From the human T2T-CHM13v2.0 reference genome, Homo sapiens, in the NCBI RefSeq assembly GCF_009914755.1, contig NC_060934.1: DNA of 64,000 bases; one strand, 5' to 3'. The notes under the pieces are model-generated. The model was not told where the DNA came from, ran no database searches, and was given only the letters and a program-made list of their open reading frames with translations. Numbering within the stretch: position 1 is the first letter of the stretch; every line of letters starts with the position of its first letter. Of this stretch, positions 25,599 through 39,150 are shown in pieces. The position numbers were made by a program, and so were the translations under genes.

Positions 25599-27066
25599 AA
25601 GAATGCCAGCAGAACATTTGACTTATTCCTCACATATTCATCTTTCTCTCTTCTATGCAGGGAGTGTGGAGTACTAACTGGAGTTAGCATATGCGATATT
25701 GTTGACATGCTGCTATAATAGCTGTTCATCAAATGGATACTTTGTCCACAAAATCTGAAAAATCAATTAAATTTGTATCTACCCTCTTGTACTAATACTA
25801 TGACTTCCTATGCAAATCTAGCTGACCGTTTTGTTTTTTAATTGTCATTGTCTAGTTACTGACTGTATTCTAACTAATCTGCTACCTTGCCCTGTACTAA
25901 AGTGATAAAATAATATCAAATACAATTTACTAAATACTATCTATCAAGAATTTCATGGTGCTTTGTATACATATTTTTCATTTTATTATAACATTGCAAA
26001 TGAAATATAAATGTCTCCTTTTTATGGTTAAACAATCTGAGGCTCAAACAGGGTAGGAAACTATCTCCCAGTTCCATGGGAGGAAAGTGAATGTCAGGGC
26101 TGGGACAAAATCTGTTCTTCAGGTTTCCACCACCACACCATCGTGTTAGGCTGCACATCATAGAAGCTGGCCTGTAATCACTCCTCCTCCTTCTCCTTGC
26201 CTCTTAATTTTTTTATAGTATTTCATTGAAAAGAAAGTTGGATTAAACTGCTTCTCTTCTTGAATTGCAGTCTTTGCGAAGAATCAGTGCTAACTTTTTT
26301 GAAAATTAAAGTATTTTATAAGACTGATATGTTACAATTAAAATAAGTCTGCATAGTTCTAATTAAAATTTCAATGACATCAGTGAAAAAATAAATTGTA
26401 TATGGTAGGAGTGATTTATTGGCTCTAAAATGCAATTAATTTTGGTGAAAGATATTTCCTCTTTTGTCTGTTTTTCTTTTAGCATAAACCCTCTATTTCA
26501 TTTTTAGCATAAATCCATATGTGCTTTTATGTCACTTAGTACAGAGCCTGGAGATAATTGTGCCATCCCTCCCTGGAAGCACTAGCTTAAGAGGGAACAA
26601 AGGACAGCAGGGAAAGGTCATACTTGTTCTAAATGAGTTGGATCTGAAGATGGAATTTCAGACACTATGCTGACTGTGTAGAGAAAATAATTCTGATACT
26701 TTAGATCATACTATATAGTTAACAGTTTACCACCTGCATAACATTAGTATCAGGTGGGCATGAATTTGCTCTCTTAATTTGCTCATAGCCCTTGTGTTAT
26801 TGTTGTTGTTCTAACAATTTAAATAACTTAGTTCAAGTGAAGAATAAGCAAACATCAATGCTTTTTAATAATCTCTCTTTCAATACACAAGGCCCTTTGC
26901 TTTAGCTTTGCTTGCAATCGCTCCATGCCTAAACCTAACAGACACCACCAATGTGTGTGTAACTAATTCTTTTTTACATATTTTAGATGAAAATGAACAG
27001 CCTTTTCCCCAGGTTCTTTTACAAGGCTTTTTTGTATAAACAGATACTCCTGGTTGGCCATCACCT

Positions 27067-27905
<839 letters not shown>

Positions 27906-28235
27906 ACCTGACTAAACTTTTCTCAACCCATAATTTCTACACTTTCTAGCTAAAATCAATTGGCAACTGTGGAGGAAAAAGTAGGCCATTATGTAAAAGT
28001 AAAGTTTTGGGTAAATGCAGGTTAATAAATTGATGAGAATACAGGAGATCAAGAAAAGTTATGGATATGAGGAATAATTCAGAGGTATATACTGACCTAT
28101 AGAAGACATTTTAAGAGAGGGATGATTTTATTAGTACTTCTTGCCCATGATCCAAATTTTTAACATTGCATGACCTCACTCATCTCAACATTTACCAGTT
28201 ATGGATTCATGTGAGTTAACAAAGATCCATTTACA

Positions 28236-28366
28236 TAAGGGATCAATATTTCCAGTCTGCCTGGGACAGCCCTGGGTTAGCCTGTTGTCCTGGCATAGTT
28301 ATTAAGAGTATCTCTTTTGCCTGTAAAATTGTTGTGGTTTGGACAAATTATTCTATATTAACTCTA
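28236..28366. mobile_element. MER94 hAT-Blackjack MITE
   Basis: tgcctgggacagccctgg..gcctgttgtcctggcatagttattaa...ggtttggac..aaatta. Confidence 0.65.
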
Positions 28367-28798
28367 AATTTCAGGATCACAACAATAACTGGATGTATAA
28401 AAAGGCACCATTACATATTTGTTCAAAGGAACCACTTTCACTACTTTTCTAATGACTCTTAACTGAAATCAGATGCAACAAAAGAAATGAAATTTTTGGT
28501 GGCTGTTGGGCAAGCTGATGTTGACTATTGCTAACTAGGCCTGGAAGATATGTCATACATAGGGCTTAGAGAATTACCAGAGCAATTGAAAGTAGCATTG
28601 AAAGAGGAGTTTAGTAAATAAGTATACTGAGGACAAACTTTGCATTTTTAAGAAAAGATTGATTTTACTCAAAATAACATGGAAGATACTTTCCTTTTTC
28701 TTGCTTTATCTTCTTTTCTGTTCACTCTTTTTCTTCTATTCTTTTCCCCATAGTTTTACTATTCTTCTTTTCCTCCTTCTCTTCTTTCCTTTTGAAAC

Positions 28799-29404
28799 CA
28801 TAAACCAAAACTAAAATTCTAAGGCCCCCCAGTCATCTAAATGGACTTCCTCTTCAGCCAGGGCTCTTGAAATTTAACCCGAATGACTGGTTCAGGCCAT
28901 GAAGGAAAGTGGGGGGTCAGATATTCCTTATTATAACTCTCTGGCATTAACATCAACAGACTTTAGGTCTGATAAGAAACATTTTATACCCTGCTCCTTC
29001 TGAGGACTGCTAGCTAAAAGCTTCACCTGTATAATGAAACTTTGGTCTCCACCACCTCTTATGACAACCCAAATATTCCTTTCTATTGATCCCAGGGCTT
29101 TAGACAAACTCCACCAATTGTCAACCAGAAAATATTTAAATTTACCCATAACCTGGTAGCACAACCCTCACCCCACCCCTTGCTTTGGGTTGTCCCTCCT
29201 TTCTGGACCAAACCAATCTATTTCTTAATCTACTTGATTGTTGTCTCATGACTCCCTAAAATGTATAAAACCAAGCTGCACCCCAACCACCTTAGGCACG
29301 TTGTCAGGACTTCCTGAGTCTGTGTCATGGGTACGCATCCTCAACCTTGCCAAAATAAACTTTCTGAATTAACTGAGACCTGTCTCAGGCTTTCTAGGTT
29401 TACA
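28799..29404 (+). mobile_element. MER4B-like solo LTR (ERV1)
   Basis: taaaccaaaactaaaattctaaggcccccc...aaataaactttct...gagacctgtctcag...tttaca; 4-bp TSD aaac on both sides. Confidence 0.88.
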
Positions 29405-29954
29405 AAACTCATGCCCCTATAATCAGAACTCAGAACTTATTTCATGTTTAAGGGCTTAATGTTTCTAGCACTCTAGAGGTTTAGCGGGATTTTACGAGTT
29501 CTCCTGAGAATAGAACCACAATCAGTATCCACACTTCCATAAGAAAAGATTTTGAGTGCTAAAGAAATGGACTATGAAAAAAAAAAATCGATGTAAGTCA
29601 ACCATCTGTAAGTGGCCTCTTGCCTGTGATATATTAATACCACTTGTATGCAAGAAAGGAAAGGAGAACAATGTCCACATCACTCAAGTAACCTATGTGT
29701 ACTTGTTTGTCGTGATATTGATGCCATGATTTGGTATATTAATAACATCTAATACCCTTATCAGATAATTTCTATTTGCTGAAGTGAGACACTTCACTTC
29801 CCTAAGAAAAATATTTTTACAATCTGCCCTTGTATTTAAGTATTGCCAGATTCTTTGGGCAAAGATAGAACTGGTCAATTTGACAACTTAGGAATGCTAA
29901 GCCATATGTTTATAAGGAAGACAGATACATGTATTAGAATGGATTTGCTTATTT

Positions 29955-30085
29955 AATATCTCCTACTAGATTGGAACTCTATAACGGTGTAGACTAAATA
30001 CACCTTGCTTACCTCCTTACAGAGTGTTTAACATTGTGCATGGTACCTAATATGTGCTGAATAAATTTTTATTGAATGAATACAT
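29955..30085 (+). mobile_element. L2 3' end
   Basis: ctagattggaactc...tggtacctaatatgtgctgaataaatttttattgaatgaat. Confidence 0.6.
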
Positions 30086-33000
30086 AAATCATTTTAAAAG
30101 AGTAACATGGAAAGAGGAAATATATTAATAAAATAATCCTAATCATGCCAAGTAAGAAACATCAGGAAACTAAATTGGATGGATAGTGATATTTTCTTTT
30201 CTCTAAAATCATATAAGATGATAGAATTTACCTTTGGATAATTTTGTTAGGATGATTTTTGTATTTGTTTTATTATATATTTTCTCATTCATTGTAATCT
30301 TTATATTCATAGTTTTGAAGTGTGAGTATCTATTAAAATCACAAACAATTTTAACAATCATAAAATATTCGGTCTAGCATTTTTTTATTATATGAGTCAT
30401 GTCTGTTTTATCCGTGGAGTACTTGGATTAAGCCCTATGTTCATAGCCCTAAAAAAATTGAAGTCAAATAATCAGGATGTTTTTATTTAGGTTATAATAT
30501 ATGCTTAGCAATTTACTAGGTTTTATTAGTTAAAATTATATTTGTTTATGAACCAAGCAGAACCTCCAAAAATAGATCCTTAAGTAAAGTAAAAGTTTAC
30601 TCCTCTGTCATGGAAAAGAAATAAACAAGTAGACAGCCAATGGCTACTGTCAGGGAAGCAGGCTTCTCCTATCTTGTTGCTCCATTTATAAGGTCTCCAA
30701 ATAGTTCAACATGGATGCTACAGTTTCAGACAATCAATGATATTCTAAATAGTTTATGGAAGAATATTTATTGAAAAAATTCCTTTCATTTTAAGGAATT
30801 TTCCTGGAAAAACATTATAATTTGTTCATAAATACCTTATTGGCTAGTACTTAATCATATGGTTACAACTTGTTACAAGAGATATTAAGAAATATTTTAT
30901 ATTAGAAGCAAAGCACCCAGCTAAAAGCCAGTTTGTCTATTGAGAAAGATAGTGAAATGATATTACAACAGTTTATTTCATATGAGATGTGGTGGAAAGA
31001 AACAAAATAAACAAAAGCAGCAATTCCTAATCTTATGGAGAACCTCAAGTGTGTTGACTGTGATTTAGGATTCAACCAGAAAACAGAAGGATTAAACCTT
31101 GTGATAGAAAATATAGGGGACCTAGATATTCATGAAGGAAAAGAGCAACCTGGATAGAAACAGAAAACATAACACAGGCAAAGAATACAAATTCATTGAA
31201 TGAATTAAAAGAAAATTGAGAGAATAAATGAACATTCAATTTTGTTGTTTGTTTTGAGAACAGCTCAGAGTCACACAATATGGTGAGGGAGCTACTTTAA
31301 CATTTATAACTTAACATTATAATGTCAAATACTACTGCATTATACTTTTGGGGGCTTTGTGCAACTATATATATCAATTTTCATTAATAAACATATTTTT
31401 TGAAGTTTATACTCCTCTGTCTCTCAAAAGGGATAGAGGTAGAATATTCCTAGTATCTTAGAGACGTTATGATCCATCAGCTAATGAAACATATCCAGGT
31501 TGTACAAAATCCTTCTTTCCCTAAGTGCGACAACACTTCCAAAGCTTATAAGTATTTCTACTTAGACAAGGCCAACCTCCCACTATGCAGAAAGATGATA
31601 ATGAAGAAATAACTTTAAAGACAACACTCATTAATCTTTGTGCTGTATCCATGAGGGAGGTAACTACTACATAAATTATACATTACATGCAAGGAGAGAG
31701 CTCACAAAATAAATAAATAGAGGTGTTAGAAGCAAAATTGGGACAGGAAAGCTTCTTTGTCCTTTAGTCTTTAGCCATTTTTTAGGGAAAGAAGGAAGAC
31801 TATAAGTGTTTCACTAGATAAACAGCAAATGCAGAGATTGCAAAAATCAGACACTGCATCTAGTGTTTTTCATTTTGAAAATGTCTGCAATTGCTTAAGA
31901 ATTCCCCTAGGTAACCATCTATGCTTCTTTATGTTGATGCCATTATTCTTTACAGATGACTGACGATTACTGCTAATTAAAGTATCAAGCACTGACTTTC
32001 TTTTCTGAACTTTGGAATGATTTAAGGGATTTCTTTAAGTATTAAGAAAAAACTTATTTTGCAGGGAGGTGAAAATTAAAGGTCTGAAATACCTGTTTGG
32101 GATTGCATTGCTGGAGGGGAAACTTTCTAGCTGGAAATTTATTCTCCATGGTTAGGGTTCTATGTCCGTTCCACCAATTTTAAAATGTGTTTCGTACAGC
32201 ACTATCTATAAATGGTGCTGACCTTGTAAAGGATAAACGCTAACATAATGGAAAAAAAGAAAAGAAAAATTAAATTCTCAGTTGCTAGAGACTAAAGTGC
32301 TTCAAAATAATCACTGAGCCTGTTTCAGAAACTTCAGCCTGCAGAAATAAAGTGGCTCATCCACAACCATGGCATGTGAGTGGGAGAGAGCAGGGCCAGT
32401 GCTCACTCTGTTTTCCTTTAAAGAATGATAGGGCCTGGATCTGTTTAAGAAGAAACTGATAAGGTAATCAAAGTCATCACCAGAGGCATTGCTTTTGCAT
32501 TTCATAGAAGCAGATTGTGAATGGGCTAGAAGTAGGTGATTCTTCTGCTGTTTGAGTTCTGAAGTCTTTTCTGTCTTATCTTCACTCTGCTTTTACATTT
32601 TTGTTTCTGACTATATTGTATTACAAATAATGTAGAGTCAACATATAAACCAGTTTTATGACTGGAATGCCATCACACATAAAATAATACAGATAATCAT
32701 GAACAATTAAACATATGACACCCATTGAGTGTTATGTTATTTTGGTGACCATCTTATTCTGTAACACCTTATTTTAGCTACACAGTGCTGTTTTAATGTA
32801 CTTCTTTCTGCCACAAGCATCCTCATATTCCACTATCCTCCCCTATTCTTATTATTATATTCTTATTTATATTTTCACTTGCTCTAAAAAGCATTATTAA
32901 GTTTCAAATGTTTTGTGAAACATGTTATAAAATACATGTATGTTTATAGAATGTGACATTCTTAAGGGAAGGTCCCTTTTTGAATCCATCTTTTTAAAAT

Positions 33001-36000
33001 TAACTCATCTGAATTGATTCTGATGAATATATGTTTAAATATCTTGTATCTTGTATTTATCTTTTCAAATGATCCTTTATTTTCATGTACTACATAGACA
33101 GATGTTATCATAAAATCACATATAAAATCTGTTTTTATTATTATGGAATAAATCTCTTACATTATCAGAAATGTAACCATTACATCAGAAATGTAGTTCC
33201 ATTGGTTAAACAATTTTGCCAGCTTGCAACAAATAATGACAAGTTAAATGTCAATGTTCCAAAAATTAAAATATCCATATTAGATCTTCATCCTTTTTTC
33301 TTTGTTCATTTTCAAATCAATGTACTTATTATTCTGCACACCTAAAAATGTTCATTGGGAAAACATAAGGTAGTTCCTAATGTATTAAAATATAATTCAT
33401 ACAGATTTTTAAAATTTTGTGATTTAAAACATGCTTTATGAAAATATATATTTGTGGAAATAAATGCATGTACATATCACACATCTCAAATTTTTCTTTG
33501 CTTCTTTCCAACTGAGAGTGTGTGGTTAAAAAGAATAGAAGACGAAAGAGAGAAAAATTGACAGTACAGATCATGTTTTCAGTGTTAATATAGTATACAA
33601 CCTATCAGTTAACTGGATTTTTAAAAATCTAATGTCCCTCCACGTTTCGTTTTTTTTGGACAAGGCAATGAGATAAAACATTAAGAAACCATGTATTTTC
33701 TATAGGAAAACCCTACAACAACAAAATGTTGTAAAAAAAAAAAAAGCAAAAATGATATTACCTATTACCAATTACTTACGAAAATGTGATTTCTGGGTAT
33801 CTGAATGGAAAATGATGGATAATTCAAAGCTATATCATTATGTTCTGTTCCAAAAAGATAAAATATAGACTTAAAAAATCATCATAAATTATTGCCTTAA
33901 TCACAGTTCAGTAGCAGTGCAGTACAATGAATTATTATCTTAGATTATCCACAACTAGGGAAGTATGTATACTGGTTCTTACCTCCTCCTTTCAACAGGT
34001 TGCACACATATTTATGCTCAGAATAAAACATTGCCATAGGGTTCCATTTAATCTGAAGAACATAATGTAAAAAAAATCTGAATTGTTGCTTGTTGCGTAA
34101 GTGATAAAGCAATGGGAGCTAATACTAAGTACCATACCTGATTTATTATTAAAAATACTTCATCTGATTCTCATAAAATTTCCATAAATGTTTATTAATT
34201 GGATACCATTATAATTACTTTGTGTATATGAGTACTTAAAATTCAAGTAAATTAAATAACTTGCCCAAAGTTAATAGCTGTAAGAGATGGGAACCCAGCA
34301 GGTCCCCACATTTGTTTGTTCAGGTTTTAACATGTACTGGTGTGTTGTGTTATGTGGAGGTTAGCTCCATTCAACCCATACTCCTCTTCCTAAGCCGGAC
34401 TGTTTTGGTAGTGCCTTCACTCAAGGGGAATGTCTTTGCCTAATTTGCACAAAGACAATCTGGACCCAGGCTTGAACATTAATATGTATGATTCCAAAAT
34501 TAATTTATGGTACCAACCATGCATTTTGACATACCAAGTAAACAGGCTTGAGTTGCTTTTCGAAGTATTTGTGGATATTTTAGAAGTCATATTCTCAACT
34601 GATTTATTTAGTAAAATGTCTTGAATTACCCCATCTCAGACAAAAGAGAACAGGACAGTTAAAAAGAGAGACTTAAATGGAATGTTCCTCAAAAGTCAGA
34701 AAACTCCAACTATTCTTGATTTAAAGAAAATTTTCAGTGCTCCAAGAAAAAAAAAAAAAGCCTCAGAGTGAGGTATGAATCTAAGGAAGTTTTGCATCAC
34801 TAAGAGGCAGCAGAGACAGAGAAGGCCAAAAGTAGTATATAACAAGAAATAGGAAAATTTTGGAAGAAGAAAGCAGGTGGAACTGTACCAAATGATTTGG
34901 CAAAACGCAGGAGCTAAAACCTAAGTGGACTTGGGGAAGCCAGTAAAAGCTACTAGACTGCTAAGAATTATAGGAGACATACCTTACCCCTCAAGAAAAT
35001 CAGATCTCTAGACACCTTCCCAGAATCCATGCCATCCAATAACTGTGTCTTCTTCAATGCCAGCAGAATTTTACTGTCTGAAGTCCTGGGCTCAAGGACA
35101 CTGAGTTGAGCTGTGCTTCTGAATGAAGGATCTCGGGAATGGGAGAATTCACTTTATGGCAACAAGAGTGAGATACCCAAAGCTCTTGCCTGCTTGGGTT
35201 TCCTATTGCTGGCTGCTAGATTTATCACTCCTGATCTCGTTTTCTCAACCACTGCAGAAGCTTAGAGGATTTCTCTGTGGAGAGACTGAACTAAAGTCCC
35301 ACCAATACTAACATTCAATGGTTTTCAACAAAATGGCCAAGTCCCTACTTTGTCATCCTGTTTTGATATCTATCAATGGAGAAGGCGCATCCTACAGAGA
35401 GAGTCCAATCACATTCTTTACAGTTCTGTTCTTTAAATACAAACGTCTAAACAGAGATTATCAGATATCTGGATGTAACTCGTGTGGTGTACACCGAGGA
35501 TTAACTACTCAAAATCCATTCAATCTTCATGTCCCTTCCCTTTTTATAATGTAGAGGTTTCCCAGGATCCCTTGCGGCTCAGGTCATGTGATCCTATTTT
35601 AGTCAGAATTTTCTGGATAAGGCTTCTAGAATTTTTTTTTTCTCAGCCAGTATCTCCTTCAGTACAATAACTCCAACCTTTTTTTCTATCTTCTTGCTCA
35701 TAATGTAGACATAATATCTGTAGGTTCTGCAGCTATCCTGAGACTGTGGGAAGGAAGTCAAATAATAAGGTGGCTCAGAAGTATAACAAAGGAGTTTGGT
35801 ATCTTCATTGCATTTTGAGTTGCAATTGCCCTTGCTTTTTGTTAAGGTGAGGATAGGGGGTGGTATATTTTCAAGATAATACTGGCATGATAGATATTTT
35901 TTCCCGATATTTAATTATAAAAGTTTAAACATAGAGCCAATTAGAAAAAAATTTACAATGACTGTGCATATCTACCACCTGGATTTTATCATTCATACTT

Positions 36001-36424
36001 TATTATATTTGATTTATCACACATCTAGCCATTCCTCTAGCCATCTAATTTTTGATGCATTTTAAAGCTAATTGCAGATCTCAGAACATGAGATCTCAAT
36101 ATTAATTTACAGATTTGTTTGCCTTTGATGTAAAATTTACATAAAAGAATATGGCTAAATCTTGTGTATTTGCTGAGTATAAATAAATATATACATCTGT
36201 GTAACCAAAATCTCTATGAATATGTAAAATGTGAGTATCACCCTAGACATTTCCCACAAGCCCCTTTCCAGTAAATCTCTGTTGACCCTCTTTCCACCAG
36301 AGACTAGCTCTTCTGAGTTTTTCCAGAAATTAGTTTCTCCAGCCTAGAATTTTATATAATTGGCCAGTACATATGTACTCTTTTGTAGATGGCTTTAATT
36401 TAACTTAATACAATTTGCATTTCT

Positions 36425-36822
36425 GGCCAGGCGTGGTGGCTCACACCTGTATCCCTGCACTTTGGGAGGCTGAGGCAGGAGGATCACTTGAGCTCACCAG
36501 TTCGAGACCATCCTGGCCAACATGGTGAAATGTTGTCTCTACAACAAATACAAAAAATTAGCTGGACATGGTTGTACGTGCCCGTAGTCTCAGTTACTCG
36601 GGAGGCTGTGGGAGGATGGCTTGAGCCCGAGAGATGGAGGTTACAGTGAGCTAAGATCATGCCACTACACTCCAGCCTGGGCAATAGAGCTAGGCTTTGT
36701 CTCAAAAACAAAAAAAGGAAAATATATATATATTTACATAAATATATATGTTTGTGTATATATACACACACACATAAATGTATATATACACACATACATA
36801 CATAAATTATATGTATATATAG
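36425..36822 (+). mobile_element. AluJ whose tail has become a (TA)/(CA) microsatellite
   Basis: gaggatcacttgag and gcttgagccc J-type diagnostics; TSD tttgcatttct at 36414-36424 and 36823-36833 encloses the microsatellite. Confidence 0.9.
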
Positions 36823-37927
36823 TTTGCATTTCTCTGATGATTAATGATAAACACACTTTCATGTGCTTATTGTTATTGTCATAGATTCTTTTATCTAATG
36901 TTTAATATTTCCCACTTTTGTTGAATTTTTCTTTTTTTAATATTAATTTGTATGAGTTATTTATATATCCTGGATACAAGTCCTTCATCAGATGCATATT
37001 TTCTGAACATTTTTTTCAAGTTTGTGACTTCCCTATTCTTTTTCATAATGATGTCTTTTGATAAGCAGAAGTTTTTACTTTTGATATATAACCTGCAGAA
37101 TTTTTCTTACTTTATGATTTTTTAAAATGCTCTAAGAAATGTTTACCTACCCCCTACTTATGAATATATGCTTTAATATTTTCCTTCACACACTTTATGA
37201 TTTTGGCTTTTATGTTTAAATCTATAATAAATCCCACAAAAATCTTGGTGTATTAAATGAGGTAGGAATTAAAGTTTATTTTCTTATTATTGACAGCCAG
37301 TTATTCCAGAACTGGTTGTGGAAAAGACTCTACTTTTCCCAATGGATTGATTTGGCTCTTTGGTAAAATACCAAATACCTGTAAAAGTATGGGTCTATTT
37401 TTGAACTTTCCAGTCTGCTCCAAGATCTTCTTGCCAGTCAGTTCACCAGTGTGTACACTGTCTTTACATGATGAATTTATAGGAAGTTTTGATATCAAGT
37501 AGTATAAGCCATTCAACTTTTTTTCCCTTTTTTCAAAATTCCTTTAGATAGTCTAGGTTATTTGCATCTTGTATAAATTTTAAAAATTGCTGGTCAGTTT
37601 CTACTAAAATTCCTGTTTGTAATATAATTGATATTCCGTTGAATATTTAGAGACACTTTGTAGAGAATTGTCATTTAAAAAAATAGTTTTCTAAGCCATG
37701 AATAAGCTATATTTCTCCATATACTTAAGTCTCAGTTAATTTTTTCAGCAATAGTTTGTAGTTAGTGTAGAATTCTGGTAAATTTTATATTTTATTTCAA
37801 AAATTATATATTTTATAGATTCTATCATAATTTGAATTTTTAAGTATATATATTTTATTTTTTTATTGCCAGCATACAAATGTACAATTGTGTTTTTTGG
37901 CATGTCATCCTCGTACACAGGGACTCT

Positions 37928-38188
37928 TGAAAGAACTAGTCCACCATGGGCTCTGAACTTCCCCACACATTTTTGTTGAGTGTATCAAGAATGCAAGGCT
38001 CTGACCATTCTCTACCTCAGCCATTTCTTAGCATTACATTTGCAGCAAGCTGCTGTTGTCATGAGTAATAAATTCTTTGTCTGTGACCCAGGAGTCTTGG
38101 GCCTTCTGCCAAAGAGAAAAAAAAGTGACAGGCTAACTTGTTAGCTTGTAAGTAGAATAAAATCTGAGACCCTTCACAGTTCTTGGTA
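37928..38188 (+). mobile_element. ERVL-type LTR remnant (LTR47-like), internally deleted
   Basis: gagtaataaattctttgtctgtgacccaggagtc...ggctaacttgttagcttgtaagtag...gacccttcacagttcttg. Confidence 0.6.
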
Positions 38189-38899
38189 ACTCCATTGCTA
38201 AACTCCCTTATTAATTGTTAACAGTTGTTTTTTAGATTCCTTGGGATTTTCTATATAAACAGTCATGCCATCTGATAGTTTATTTTTTTCACATTTATTG
38301 CTATTTAAAATTGACAAAATTGGCTGTACTTACTGTGCACAACACGATCAAAACAAGTGTTAATGAGGATGTGGAGAAAAGGAAACTCTAATAAAGATTT
38401 AATTCTTCCTTTCAAATCTCTAAGATTTTACCTTATTTTATTGTGATACCAATAGCTAGACCTTTAGTAAAATGTTCAATAGAAATGGCTAGAGTAAAAA
38501 ACCTTTGCTTTTTCCCAATCCTAGATAAAAATCATTCAATATTTAGCTATTAAGCGTGATGTCAGAAGTAGGTTTTTTGAACATGCCCTTTACTAGAATG
38601 AAAGTGTTTCCTTCTCTTCCTAGTTTGGTGACAGTTTTGACTATGAATAGTTATAGAATTAAAAAGATTGTCTAAAAGTCATAATTATCATATATTCTTT
38701 CTCCTTTATTCTATAAGTATAATGGATTATGTTTGAATATTCAATGTGTCTCCTAATTTGTCTTCTTGGAATAAGCCTTAACTGTTATAGTATATGGCTT
38801 TTTAAATTATTATTCCACTGTATATTGTTCCTAACTAGCCACTTTGGCCCTACATATGAAAAGATACTGTCAAACTATTATCTAATGTAAATCTGTCTT

Positions 38900-39150
38900 T
38901 GGCTCAGGGTGGCAGCATTATACCATGGTTTAAAACTTCAGCACTAAAGTTAGGCTACATAGCTTCAAAAATGCTTCTAGCATTTATTAATATTAATTTT
39001 CACCCTTTGAGAATTATTTAACCAGCCTTAGTTTAACCATCTCTGAAATTGTTATTGGGAACAATAACAGTACTATTGTCATACAACTGTGAGAATCAAG
39101 TGGAAAAATATGAATAAATAGCTGATAAATGAGAGCTTATCATTATTTGA
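38900..39150 (+). mobile_element. MIR SINE
   Basis: ggcagcattataccatggtttaaa...ttatttaaccagccttagttt..catctctgaaa...gtgagaatcaagtg. Confidence 0.55.

Larger units (their letters stand above)
35905..38800 (-). mobile_element. Old fragmented L1 (L1MC/ME-type), host to several later insertions
   Basis: tttatatatcctggatacaagtccttcatcagat, tttgataagcagaagttttt, gattccttgggattttcta, gctagacctttagtaaaatgttcaatagaaatgg. Confidence 0.7.
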
